DNA from: a virus
DNA length: 56,832 nucleotides
Virus record (IMG/VR): IMGVR_UViG_3300009073_000005
Coordinates: 1 to 56,832 of that record
Direction: 5' to 3' (one strand)
Shown one piece after another: positions 32,514 to 39,814 of this stretch. The position numbers and the translations under genes are program-made. Below the pieces are notes generated by a model. The model ran no database searches and was not told the DNA's origin. It saw nothing but the letters and a program-made list of their open reading frames with translations. Numbering within the stretch: position 1 is the stretch's first letter; each line of letters begins with the position of its first letter.

Positions 32514-32883
32514 ACCAACACCCGCCCAGACGTCACTATTTATCGGCGGGCTAGGCATACCGGTTTCTTTCAATGCAACCTGGGACGATGAATTTCAGGG
32601 CGCTTTTTTGGGTCCTGGTGTACCTACCCATTGTATAGTCGCGCCGCATTATTACGATAGCGCCGGGCAACACTTAGCCGCATCGATGATAAACACAATT
32701 TGCAAAATTGAAGGCTGGCTTATGATTTACACAGAACACGATCACAAGAACTACGGAGTACCGCTCGATCATGTCTATGTTGATATGGTGTTTAACCGGA
32801 GCGGTATATTTAAAGAAGAATACGGCAGCGCGTCCGTTATAACCTTTAGCTTTCGGCATGAGCACGTAAAAGCCCTCGACTAA
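32497..32883 (+). CDS. Hypothetical protein (128 aa, GTG start)
   Basis: Plus-strand ORF overlapping the previous one, followed at once by a strong terminator hairpin. Confidence 0.45.
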   Translation: MITLDRPTPAQTSLFIGGLGIPVSFNATWDDEFQGAFLGPGVPTHCIVAPHYYDSAGQHLAASMINTICKIEGWLMIYTEHDHKNYGVPLDHVYVDMVFNRSGIFKEEYGSASVITFSFRHEHVKALD

Positions 32884-32915
32884 GTGTTACACCTAAGTAA
32901 CACCCAATCGAGGGC
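32872..32915. terminator. Bidirectional terminator between convergent genes
   Basis: Outer stem GCCCTCGA/TCGAGGGC and inner stem GTGTTAC/GTAACAC, with T-rich runs on both sides. Confidence 0.65.
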
Positions 32916-32934
32916 CCTTTTGTACCTTTTCCGC

Positions 32935-33243
32935 CTATTCCTTAACGACAATGCTCCCATCGTTCATTAGCGTGTATTCGTATTCTTCACCCCATGACTC
33001 ATCGAAAGCAACAACCCCCCACCCGGTCGTGTCGGACGTGTCTAGGTTGTGTTTTTTTCCAAGAAAAACCGAACTGCGTAACAGTTGCGCGAATTTGTAA
33101 TTTGGGTCTGTCCCCCTTTTTGCTACAAACATCTTGTTGAATTCAACCAGCCATCCTGCGGTAGCCTCTGGGTATCCGTCCCAGTGCTTGTAAACCTTAG
33201 CCAAATTGAAACCTTCTATCTTTATCGTTGCTCGTGTTGCCAT
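32935..33243 (-). CDS. Hypothetical protein (102 aa)
   Basis: Last gene of the Pe operon. Confidence 0.55.
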   Translation of the reverse strand: MATRATIKIEGFNLAKVYKHWDGYPEATAGWLVEFNKMFVAKRGTDPNYKFAQLLRSSVFLGKKHNLDTSDTTGWGVVAFDESWGEEYEYTLMNDGSIVVKE

Positions 33244-33274
33244 CTTAATCTCCTTTTTTTTAACCAGGTTTTAT

Positions 33275-33565
33275 CTACTTTAATCCTTCAAAGGCTAGTG
33301 CTCGTTTAATCTTGTCACCAAGTGCCACAGACTCTGAAATAGTTTCGCCTAGCTCGATCATCGCTCTAGCTAAACCAGAGAAAGGACCAGTTATAGCGCC
33401 ATCAACCTCGACTATCTCGATAACTCTTTTAGCGTGTACAAGTGCAAGCTTGTTTTTGCCTATATTTAAAGCATCCCCTTTTGGGCCGAGTCTTCCGTCT
33501 CTAGCCATTTCTGCTGTCTTTGCTGCTAACTTGATTTGTGCGATTTGTAGTTGTGATGTTTTCAT
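33275..33565 (-). CDS. Hypothetical protein (96 aa)
   Basis: First gene after Pe, AGGAGG SD. Confidence 0.55.
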   Translation of the reverse strand: MKTSQLQIAQIKLAAKTAEMARDGRLGPKGDALNIGKNKLALVHAKRVIEIVEVDGAITGPFSGLARAMIELGETISESVALGDKIKRALAFEGLK

Positions 33566-33588
33566 TTCGACCTCCTAGGTACATACCC

Positions 33589-33627
33589 AGTATAAACGAT
33601 CACTTTGCACTTGTAAAGTACTTTACA
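33589..33627 (-). promoter_or_regulatory. Early leftward promoter Pe with perfect palindromic operator
   Basis: Minus strand: TTTACA (33617-33612), 17 bp, TATACT (33594-33589). Operator at 33612-33627, extended to the 20-bp palindrome CTTGTAAAGTACTTTACAAG. Confidence 0.65.
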
Positions 33628-33662
33628 AGTATAAAGGTCGATTTGTGTCGAATCGTTACGAA

Positions 33663-34076
33663 TTAAACAAAACACCTATAACCCGGAAAACTTTCTGCAA
33701 CACTAAAGGTTAACGAATAAAGCCCTCTGCCATTAACACCGGCCACAAAAGATTCGACGCTGCACTTGTGGGGCTCCCCGTCCAAATTAAGATCTATAAG
33801 CTCGGCTGTTCGGTGTTTTTTTCTTGCGTATGTGAGCAATGTTTTCGACATAATCCCCGAAATATTTATTTTTCGCGGATTAATGTAATGCCCTACTACC
33901 TTTATCCGAAGATCTTCTGTTTCGAACGTTCTTGGCCTATATTGACCGTTAAAGACATCTACAGCCGATATGGCAGGTGGCCTTACCCCTTGAACGCCCG
34001 TATCGATGCAGAATGTCCCAAAAGCTACCGTTCTTTTGGTGGCTGCCTGATTACTGAATTTTATATAGTCCAACAT
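33663..34076 (-). CDS. Hypothetical protein (137 aa; start set just after the upstream stop)
   Basis: The ATG at 34076 follows the upstream stop at 34078. Confidence 0.5.
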   Translation of the reverse strand: MLDYIKFSNQAATKRTVAFGTFCIDTGVQGVRPPAISAVDVFNGQYRPRTFETEDLRIKVVGHYINPRKINISGIMSKTLLTYARKKHRTAELIDLNLDGEPHKCSVESFVAGVNGRGLYSLTFSVAESFPGYRCFV

Positions 34077-34077
34077 A

Positions 34078-34446
34078 TTACGCCTCTTTCGCCAGAATTT
34101 CAAAGTGTGCTTCGGTTGCGTGAAGTGTCGCGTTTGTACTTTCTCCCAGTACCGTCATTATCAATTCAAAGGCCGAATGATCTTCTTTTCTATCTATCTT
34201 CACAGAGACCCTTGATACGAAAGTGGGCCCACCGAGCTTTCCGATGTCCAAGTACACGCTGCGATCGCTTAAAGCGTCCGTTCCCTTATCTTCAAGAACA
34301 GAGACCCGCGAGGCGTCTTTTCTTATGTCCACACCCATCTCAGCGAGCTTGCCTATAAAGTGTTCGTCCTCGGCTTTTGTTATGTTCTCTGAGGCGGTGT
34401 AAATATCTGTTGTTCGTTCTTCTTGTTCTTTCATTGTTGTCTCCAT
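34078..34446 (-). CDS. Hypothetical protein (122 aa)
   Basis: Operon member. Confidence 0.5.
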   Translation of the reverse strand: METTMKEQEERTTDIYTASENITKAEDEHFIGKLAEMGVDIRKDASRVSVLEDKGTDALSDRSVYLDIGKLGGPTFVSRVSVKIDRKEDHSAFELIMTVLGESTNATLHATEAHFEILAKEA

Positions 34447-34796
34447 GTCTCGTAGCTGGTTTTATTTACTTTGAGCTCGATTCCGTTTTTCATGTAAAAG
34501 GCGTAAACCTGGGTCGGTGATACGTATATCTTCTCGGTGTCGTTAATCTTTTGTCTTTTCTTCATCTTTCGGTATTTTCTGCCGAACGGTGACATCTTAA
34601 GCTTTTCGAAGTTCTTAATGTATAGCTTGGTTGCGAATACCCGCGCCGCATGTTCTGACCTTTCGATCGTGTTAACCATTTCAATCGGTAGCCCGAGCAT
34701 ACTTTCGCTCGATAGTCTCAAAGTCGGCATTTTGGGCTCTTCGGGGTAAACGTTGTGCGGTAATAGCTTAGGGATCTTTTGGTATACGCGACCCAT
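34431..34796 (-). CDS. Hypothetical basic protein (121 aa) with a KMSPFGRKYRKMKK motif
   Basis: The ATG at 34796 follows the upstream stop at 34798. Shares the motif with 35514..35720. Confidence 0.5.
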   Translation of the reverse strand: MGRVYQKIPKLLPHNVYPEEPKMPTLRLSSESMLGLPIEMVNTIERSEHAARVFATKLYIKNFEKLKMSPFGRKYRKMKKRQKINDTEKIYVSPTQVYAFYMKNGIELKVNKTSYETWRQQ

Positions 34797-34797
34797 A

Positions 34798-35061
34798 TTA
34801 AACAACCCGCGCGAATCGAACAGTGCCTTTTGCCGGGTGATACATATATGCAACACCTAACAGGTCGAAAACTTCCGGGTCTATCTTGTAAAAGTAAAAT
34901 CCGTCTGTCATTAGACCTGATCGTTTGCATGAAAGAGACGAGCAAGCTGATCGTATGTCTGAGCCGTTGAATGCCTCAAAGTTTGAACTTAGCGATGACA
35001 TTTTTACCGCGCTTACTGCTTTGTTGAATTTTTCGATTTGTTGTTCTTTTAGGTTTGTCAT
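34798..35061 (-). CDS. Hypothetical protein (87 aa)
   Basis: First gene after Pf. ACTGGGAGG SD, starts MTNLKEQ. Confidence 0.55.
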   Translation of the reverse strand: MTNLKEQQIEKFNKAVSAVKMSSLSSNFEAFNGSDIRSACSSLSCKRSGLMTDGFYFYKIDPEVFDLLGVAYMYHPAKGTVRFARVV

Positions 35062-35085
35062 TTGTAGCCTCCCAGTTACCTATCC

Positions 35086-35124
35086 AGATTAACCTATCGT
35101 TTCTGTATTGTAAAGTACTTTACA
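35086..35124 (-). promoter_or_regulatory. Early leftward promoter Pf with perfect palindromic operator
   Basis: Minus strand: TTTACA (35114-35109), 17 bp, TAATCT (35091-35086). Operator at 35109-35124. Confidence 0.65.
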
Positions 35125-35311
35125 ACGAATAATTAGGGTATTTGTCGTTTTTTACGCCTACCCGGACAATTTCGCCGTTAACCGTGCATCTGAAATCTAA
35201 AAAGTGCCGGTAACGTATCTCGCGAACCGAAAAGCAGAACAACATAAGATCGTAATGGATATACTCGATCGGCTTTTTTAATCCGAAAGCTATGCGGAAA
35301 TATTCCATCAC
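35120..35311 (-). CDS. Hypothetical protein (63 aa)
   Basis: Operon member, 4-nt overlap upstream. Confidence 0.45.
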   Translation of the reverse strand: MMEYFRIAFGLKKPIEYIHYDLMLFCFSVREIRYRHFLDFRCTVNGEIVRVGVKNDKYPNYSL

Positions 35312-35517
35312 CTAGTTTCCTTTGGCATTTTTGGTCTCGGCATCCAATAAAAAATATCCCCGCAGCAAGATATGTCGTCTATGATCTCGCTGTGGAAGTA
35401 CGCTGTACCGTCATCTTCGATTCGCCTAAATTCTGCCTCAACTATTCTGCCAGAAACTATCACAAGTACGGTATCTCCCTCATTCGGCGGGGTCTCTATT
35501 GTTAAAAAATCATTCAT
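35308..35517 (-). CDS. DUF551-like protein (69 aa)
   Basis: TVLVIVSGRIVEAEF..FYWMPRPKMP resembles the DUF551 C-terminal WMPLP pattern. Confidence 0.5.
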   Translation of the reverse strand: MNDFLTIETPPNEGDTVLVIVSGRIVEAEFRRIEDDGTAYFHSEIIDDISCCGDIFYWMPRPKMPKETR

Positions 35518-35720
35518 TTCTTACCTCTCCTGATCTTTCGCCATTTGCTGCCGAATGCGGACATCTTTCTGTGCTCCCACGCGCTTGCGTTAATGCAGAG
35601 AATAATTGTGGACATAGTTCTACCAGAACCGCGCCCGGCCATATCGTTTTCGAGAACCTTGCGAACATCTTCTGGCATTTCTGCGTCCGGGCGCAGGTCC
35701 TTTTGTTTAAAAAATATCAC
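35514..35720 (-). CDS. Hypothetical basic protein (68 aa) with a KMSAFGSKWRKIRR motif
   Basis: 4-nt overlaps. Shares the motif with 34431..34796. Confidence 0.5.
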   Translation of the reverse strand: MIFFKQKDLRPDAEMPEDVRKVLENDMAGRGSGRTMSTIILCINASAWEHRKMSAFGSKWRKIRRGKK

Positions 35721-36217
35721 GATATCTCCTCGCGGAGCATGTTAAAGATCTCCGCATTTCTTCGCGCATCGTCGAGTGCGTCGTGTGTGTGTTTTTGTTT
35801 TGTCTTTATCTTCCTGATATTCGACCGCAGGTTTTTCTTTATGCCTTTATAGAGACTGTTTAGGTTCAAACAGCTATAACCTAGCGCCGAGCTCTCACCA
35901 TATTCGGCAAGATAAGAGCAGGTGAACATCCAATCAAAGGCATTATCTACAACCGCTACCTTTCGGGATGGTGTTTTGCTTAACCACCTGTCGAATGCCT
36001 TCATGCCTTCCTCGGGAGGTTTAAAATTCATTGATTGCTCCCTGGTTACTCCTGAAACCTTCAAAGCACTGTCGAGGTAACATAAACTTACTGGCCGCAA
36101 GTAACTCATAAACTCCTCGCCAGTATCACAGTTTACTGCACCGATCTGTATCATCGAATACCTTAATGGGTGAGGGCCGTCGGCCTCAATGTCTATCGAT
36201 ATGTGCTCTATGCTCAT
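35717..36217 (-). CDS. DnaQ-like DEDDh 3'-5' exonuclease
   Basis: ExoI SIDIEADG, ExoII VVDNAFDW, ExoIII HDALDDARRNAEIF. Confidence 0.75.
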   Translation of the reverse strand: MSIEHISIDIEADGPHPLRYSMIQIGAVNCDTGEEFMSYLRPVSLCYLDSALKVSGVTREQSMNFKPPEEGMKAFDRWLSKTPSRKVAVVDNAFDWMFTCSYLAEYGESSALGYSCLNLNSLYKGIKKNLRSNIRKIKTKQKHTHDALDDARRNAEIFNMLREEIS

Positions 36218-36789
36218 ATCTCATTGCCCCAGTTATCCCACCCTTCTTTTTCTCGCCTTGCGAACATCTCGAGCCTGCTTACGTCACCTAGGGATTCCAC
36301 GATCATGTCTTGAACGATATCTGGCTTAACGCTATGTCCGAGCTTTGGGCACTTGATATCCACTGTAGTTTCAAATAGCTGTGGCACTTTCTCGCTCGCA
36401 AGTTTTAGCGGCCTGCCCTTTCGGTCTTTTGACGCCCAAAGGCAGAACTCGCTGTTTGGTTTTGTTAGCGATGCCCTGGGACCTTGCGAGCCTACCAGGG
36501 TCTCGCCATCTTTTTTTGTTTTAAACCAATTAAATGCACAGCCCCGATACACGAGTCCCCATGCGTCGATCGCCTCGATGGCGTTCTCTAGCTTTGGCCA
36601 CGTGCCCCAGACGAATACGACGCACTTATCGTTTGTTAGGTCATAAACCGGAAGATCGTTTATATCGTCCTGCGTCATTAGGCTGTAGTGATTACCAGCA
36701 GCGCCCATTTTTGTTTGCGATCCGTAGTAAGGCCAGGGCGGGTCTAAGAGAACTACGTCGTATTTTTTGTTTGTTATGTTTTCGATCAT
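36214..36789 (-). CDS. MT-A70 family DNA N6-adenine methyltransferase
   Basis: YDVVLLDPPWPY catalytic motif, GHSVKPD, EMFARREKEGWDNWGNE C-terminus. Confidence 0.8.
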   Translation of the reverse strand: MIENITNKKYDVVLLDPPWPYYGSQTKMGAAGNHYSLMTQDDINDLPVYDLTNDKCVVFVWGTWPKLENAIEAIDAWGLVYRGCAFNWFKTKKDGETLVGSQGPRASLTKPNSEFCLWASKDRKGRPLKLASEKVPQLFETTVDIKCPKLGHSVKPDIVQDMIVESLGDVSRLEMFARREKEGWDNWGNEI

Positions 36790-37163
36790 TTTATAGGCTC
36801 CACTGTGTAGCTGTTTGGTGTGTTTGTTTTTATTATCCGCACCGGGTATTTTCTCTTTATAAATCTAAGAAATGGCACCCCGGGGAAGATGGGAATTCTT
36901 ATGTACGCTATCTCGTGGTCATATATCCATGACGAATCGCTGTAAACCAGGTTCAGGTTTTCGTGCTCAACGAGGCCAAGGCAGTATCCTTTTGCGTCTG
37001 GGATATCGCTCTCTACGTCTTCCTTTGTTATCTTTAGAACGCCTTTAAAGTCTCTCCCGAAGTCCTCGATAACTGCGTTACCTTCATCTTTTTTACAATT
37101 CATGTCTGCACACCCTTTTACCCTTATAGCCCTTCCGTAGCATTGGTGAAAGACTTTACTCAT
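36786..37163 (-). CDS. Hypothetical protein (125 aa)
   Basis: 4-nt overlaps on both sides. Confidence 0.55.
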   Translation of the reverse strand: MSKVFHQCYGRAIRVKGCADMNCKKDEGNAVIEDFGRDFKGVLKITKEDVESDIPDAKGYCLGLVEHENLNLVYSDSSWIYDHEIAYIRIPIFPGVPFLRFIKRKYPVRIIKTNTPNSYTVEPIK

Positions 37164-37444
37164 AAATACTTTCCAGTAAGCTCTACCAATTTCTTGTAGT
37201 TAATTCTTTCTAGGTTCACATGTTCGCTTACGAGCGAGAGAGCGTACTCTTGACAGTTTTTTTTGTCGTGATCGCCCTGGTAGTCCATGTTCATCTTCGC
37301 AACCGCAAAACAGCGAATAAACAATTGATCCAGGCATTTTGAATTCCCTATGTAATTTTGTTCATCCGATGCAGTGTTCATGTTCTTGTTCATTAGTAGT
37401 TTTGAAGCTTCCAGTGATACTTTATTTTTAATTGATGTTTCCAT
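37160..37444 (-). CDS. Hypothetical protein (94 aa)
   Basis: First gene after Pg, GCTGGGAGG SD. Confidence 0.55.
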   Translation of the reverse strand: METSIKNKVSLEASKLLMNKNMNTASDEQNYIGNSKCLDQLFIRCFAVAKMNMDYQGDHDKKNCQEYALSLVSEHVNLERINYKKLVELTGKYL

Positions 37445-37464
37445 TTTGCCTCCCAGCTATATAA

Positions 37465-37503
37465 AGATTATCACCTATATTTATAAATGTAAAGTACTTT
37501 ACA
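37465..37503 (-). promoter_or_regulatory. Early leftward promoter Pg with perfect palindromic operator
   Basis: Minus strand: TTTACA (37493-37488), 17 bp, TAATCT (37470-37465). Operator at 37488-37503. Confidence 0.65.
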
Positions 37504-37638
37504 TATAAAAATTAAAGATTACTCATTTTGTTAACGGTCGGCGGTCCTTATGTTAAAAAATGGCGATTATTAAAATAAAGCACTTTAGGGAATTGTTCCC
37601 CCCTCCCGTATATATTAATACGGCTGTGATCTATATAT

Positions 37639-37677
37639 AGATTAGCATCCCGGTTTTCGATTGTAAAGTACTTTGAT
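37639..37677 (-). promoter_or_regulatory. Early leftward promoter Ph (tandem, upstream of Pg) with operator variant
   Basis: Minus strand: TTTACA (37667-37662), 17 bp, TAATCT (37644-37639). Operator TGTAAAGTACTTTGAT at 37662-37677. Confidence 0.6.
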
Positions 37678-37697
37678 TTGATTTATCGATTTTGTTG

Positions 37698-37726
37698 TTT
37701 ACATGTCTCGATTTGTGTAATAAAAA
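37698..37726 (+). promoter_or_regulatory. Candidate rightward promoter, divergent from Ph
   Basis: TTTACA (37698-37703), 17 bp, TAAAAA (37721-37726), upstream of the GGGAG RBS and the ATG at 37752. Confidence 0.35.
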
Positions 37727-37751
37727 TAACTCAAGACTTACGGGAGTTGAT

Positions 37752-38084
37752 ATGAAAGAAAAACAAAAAGAAGCGCTTGCTGTTCTTGAGTCGTGCATAA
37801 AAAGGCGAATAGGCGGCAATTTTAAAATGTCTGCATCAATATGCAAAGACTTCGACAATTACTGCGAAAGCAACGATTTTTGCAATTTAATGTTCGATGT
37901 ATATATAACCATGGAAGATGTGAGATTTTTCTCAATACCTAGGCTATACACAAGAATAGATCTTACGTTCTGCGAAGGCAGCGGCGAACCACAAGAAGAG
38001 GTGGACAGGGCAATACTTAACGCTTTTGGACTCCTGTACAGAATGAACGAAAAGAACAATGCAAGGTGGGATATCGATGAGTGA
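37752..38084 (+). CDS. Hypothetical protein (110 aa; start moved to an ATG with RBS)
   Basis: GGGAG lies 6 nt upstream of the ATG at 37752. The track start at 37692 is a TTG without an RBS. Confidence 0.55.
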   Translation: MKEKQKEALAVLESCIKRRIGGNFKMSASICKDFDNYCESNDFCNLMFDVYITMEDVRFFSIPRLYTRIDLTFCEGSGEPQEEVDRAILNAFGLLYRMNEKNNARWDIDE

Positions 38085-38643
38085 TCAAAAAGTCATAGAC
38101 ATGGAGCAGGTGGAGGAGTTTTCCATAACCCAATCAAGGGAGTCGATAGATGTTACTTCCGGTTTCGTCAGAGAGTACATACCAGGCGAAACAACTGATA
38201 TTATATCCTTCCTGCATGAAGGCACAACCTACAAAATGAAGTGTGAAAGGCTGCCGGGCGTGTCTGATGCCGGTAAAACATTTCGAAGAATAATGGCCGC
38301 CTCCAGGGCTTTGAACGTATTCGATGATAATCTTTGGCGCTATGGCGACAGCAGAGTGCCCCTAGACATGATCTCCAAAATAGAAGGGGGAAGTAGGCAA
38401 TGGCGAAATTTCGATCACCCGGAAACACCTGACTACATAGGAGAGCTCGTTATGGCCAAAATGAGCCCATTCACCTATAGCGATCACAGGCCGATAGAAA
38501 ATGAGGGATACCCGGAGCACGAGGTCGTTTCCCGAATAACCAAGACGGACGTTTTCAAGATGTACTCTGTAAACACGATCGAGCCCGTAATGCCTATCCA
38601 GGGCGTAAAGTACCTCGCAACCCGTTGGCGTCCCATTTCTTAG
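38077..38643 (+). CDS. Hypothetical protein (188 aa)
   Basis: AGGTGGG RBS upstream of the ATG at 38077. Overlaps the stop of the previous gene. Confidence 0.55.
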   Translation: MSDQKVIDMEQVEEFSITQSRESIDVTSGFVREYIPGETTDIISFLHEGTTYKMKCERLPGVSDAGKTFRRIMAASRALNVFDDNLWRYGDSRVPLDMISKIEGGSRQWRNFDHPETPDYIGELVMAKMSPFTYSDHRPIENEGYPEHEVVSRITKTDVFKMYSVNTIEPVMPIQGVKYLATRWRPIS

Positions 38644-38710
38644 CCATTAATGGTTTACAAAACATGAGCACTGTGCAATTTGTTTTTAACTTTTACTTAA
38701 GGAGAGTTTA

Positions 38711-38893
38711 ATGAAATTTTTATCTGCATTTATTATTTTATACGTTGCGGTTATGTTTTTTTACATATCGAAGCGGTTTTTCGATAGGTCAAAACCAGAG
38801 GACGGAAGCGTCGCTGAAAAGAACCTTAACAAGAAAAGCATAGTTACTGAAATCAAGGAAACTTTACATGACCTCGGAGGCATGAATGACTAA
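38711..38893 (+). CDS. Small membrane protein (60 aa)
   Basis: AAGGAGAG RBS. N-terminal TM helix FLSAFIILYVAVMFFYI. Overlaps the start of the SPFH gene. Confidence 0.6.
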   Translation: MKFLSAFIILYVAVMFFYISKRFFDRSKPEDGSVAEKNLNKKSIVTEIKETLHDLGGMND

Positions 38894-39683
38894 ATTAATC
38901 ACTATACTTTGTTTTGCTTTTATCTCATCGGGTTGCGCCTATGAGACGGTTTCACCGGGACACAAGGGGGTCCAGGTTTCGTGGGCAGGTGAAACTAATA
39001 TGAAAAGAGTTTACTCCGAAGGATATCACGGCGGAATGCACTGGCTCATTGACGACATGGTCGAGTATGATTGCCGGGAGCAGACTGCTGTTGCCAAATT
39101 TCATTTTAATGACGCTAACAACATGGTGACTGGTGTTGAGATTGCAGTCGATTATAGCAACGACCCCGATCGTGTGAACCTCTTACACACCAAGATATCC
39201 GACGTTAAAACTAAAATGGAAAAAACGATCAAGAGCGCCGGAAAAGAGGTTGTCCCAAGTTACGCCGCTGTGGATTTAAACCTCACAAAGAGGGGCGAAG
39301 CGGAAGAAAGACTTGCTGAAATACTCTCTGACGAGTTCCCGGAGTTCTTTCTTTTACTGAAGAGGGTTCAGATAACCGACGTAGACATTCCCAGTGTTAT
39401 ATCCGAACAAGCGATGCGAACTGCGGAGCAAATAGAAAAGAACAAGCTAGCGGCCGAGATGGCAGAGGAAAAAACCAATTTAGGTCATGCAATCGTAGCG
39501 GAGGCAAAAGCTAAAGCAGAAGCGGCAAGATACGAGGCTGAGGCTGCCAAGATGCTATCGACACCGGAGATCATAAAGCTCCGAGAAATAGAGGTCGAAG
39601 CACTATGGGCCCAGAGCGGAAATTCCAAGTACGGATCTCATAATATGTTCGGAACCGCAAACGCTTTTAAGCTGGTAAAATAG
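38886..39683 (+). CDS. SPFH / Band-7 (prohibitin/HflC-like) lipoprotein
   Basis: Signal plus lipobox ILCFAFISSGC. SPGHKGVQV..EGYHGGMHWLIDDMVEYDCREQT..VEIAVDYS..VQITDVDIP, then an A/E/K-rich helix, as in SPFH proteins. Confidence 0.7.
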   Translation: MTKLITILCFAFISSGCAYETVSPGHKGVQVSWAGETNMKRVYSEGYHGGMHWLIDDMVEYDCREQTAVAKFHFNDANNMVTGVEIAVDYSNDPDRVNLLHTKISDVKTKMEKTIKSAGKEVVPSYAAVDLNLTKRGEAEERLAEILSDEFPEFFLLLKRVQITDVDIPSVISEQAMRTAEQIEKNKLAAEMAEEKTNLGHAIVAEAKAKAEAARYEAEAAKMLSTPEIIKLREIEVEALWAQSGNSKYGSHNMFGTANAFKLVK

Positions 39684-39690
39684 TGATTTC

Positions 39691-39765
39691 GGACGGGTAG
39701 TTCAGCGGTAGAGCAGTCGGCTCATAACCGATCAGTCGCGGGTTCAAATCCCGCCCCGTCCACCA
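39691..39765 (+). tRNA. tRNA-Met (anticodon CAT at 39723-39725), elongator type or tRNA-Ile2 precursor, CCA encoded
   Basis: Hand-folded cloverleaf. Acceptor GGACGGG/CCCGTCC, D arm GTTC-AGCGGTA-GAGC, anticodon arm GTCGG-CTCATAA-CCGAT, T arm GCGGG-TTCAAAT-CCCGC, then ACCA. Confidence 0.9.
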
Positions 39766-39814
39766 TTTGCGCGTCTTTTTAGCATTCTGCGCGCGATTAG
39801 GCCCTCCCTGGGTG

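Noticed and set aside
33612-33627. The 16-bp palindrome as a host LexA/SOS box
   Set aside because: TGTAAAGTACTTTACA does not match the LexA consensus sequences I can recall (CTGT-N8-ACAG, CGAAC-N4-GTTCG, GTTC-N7-GTTC). A phage-encoded regulator is the simpler reading, but the host is unknown.
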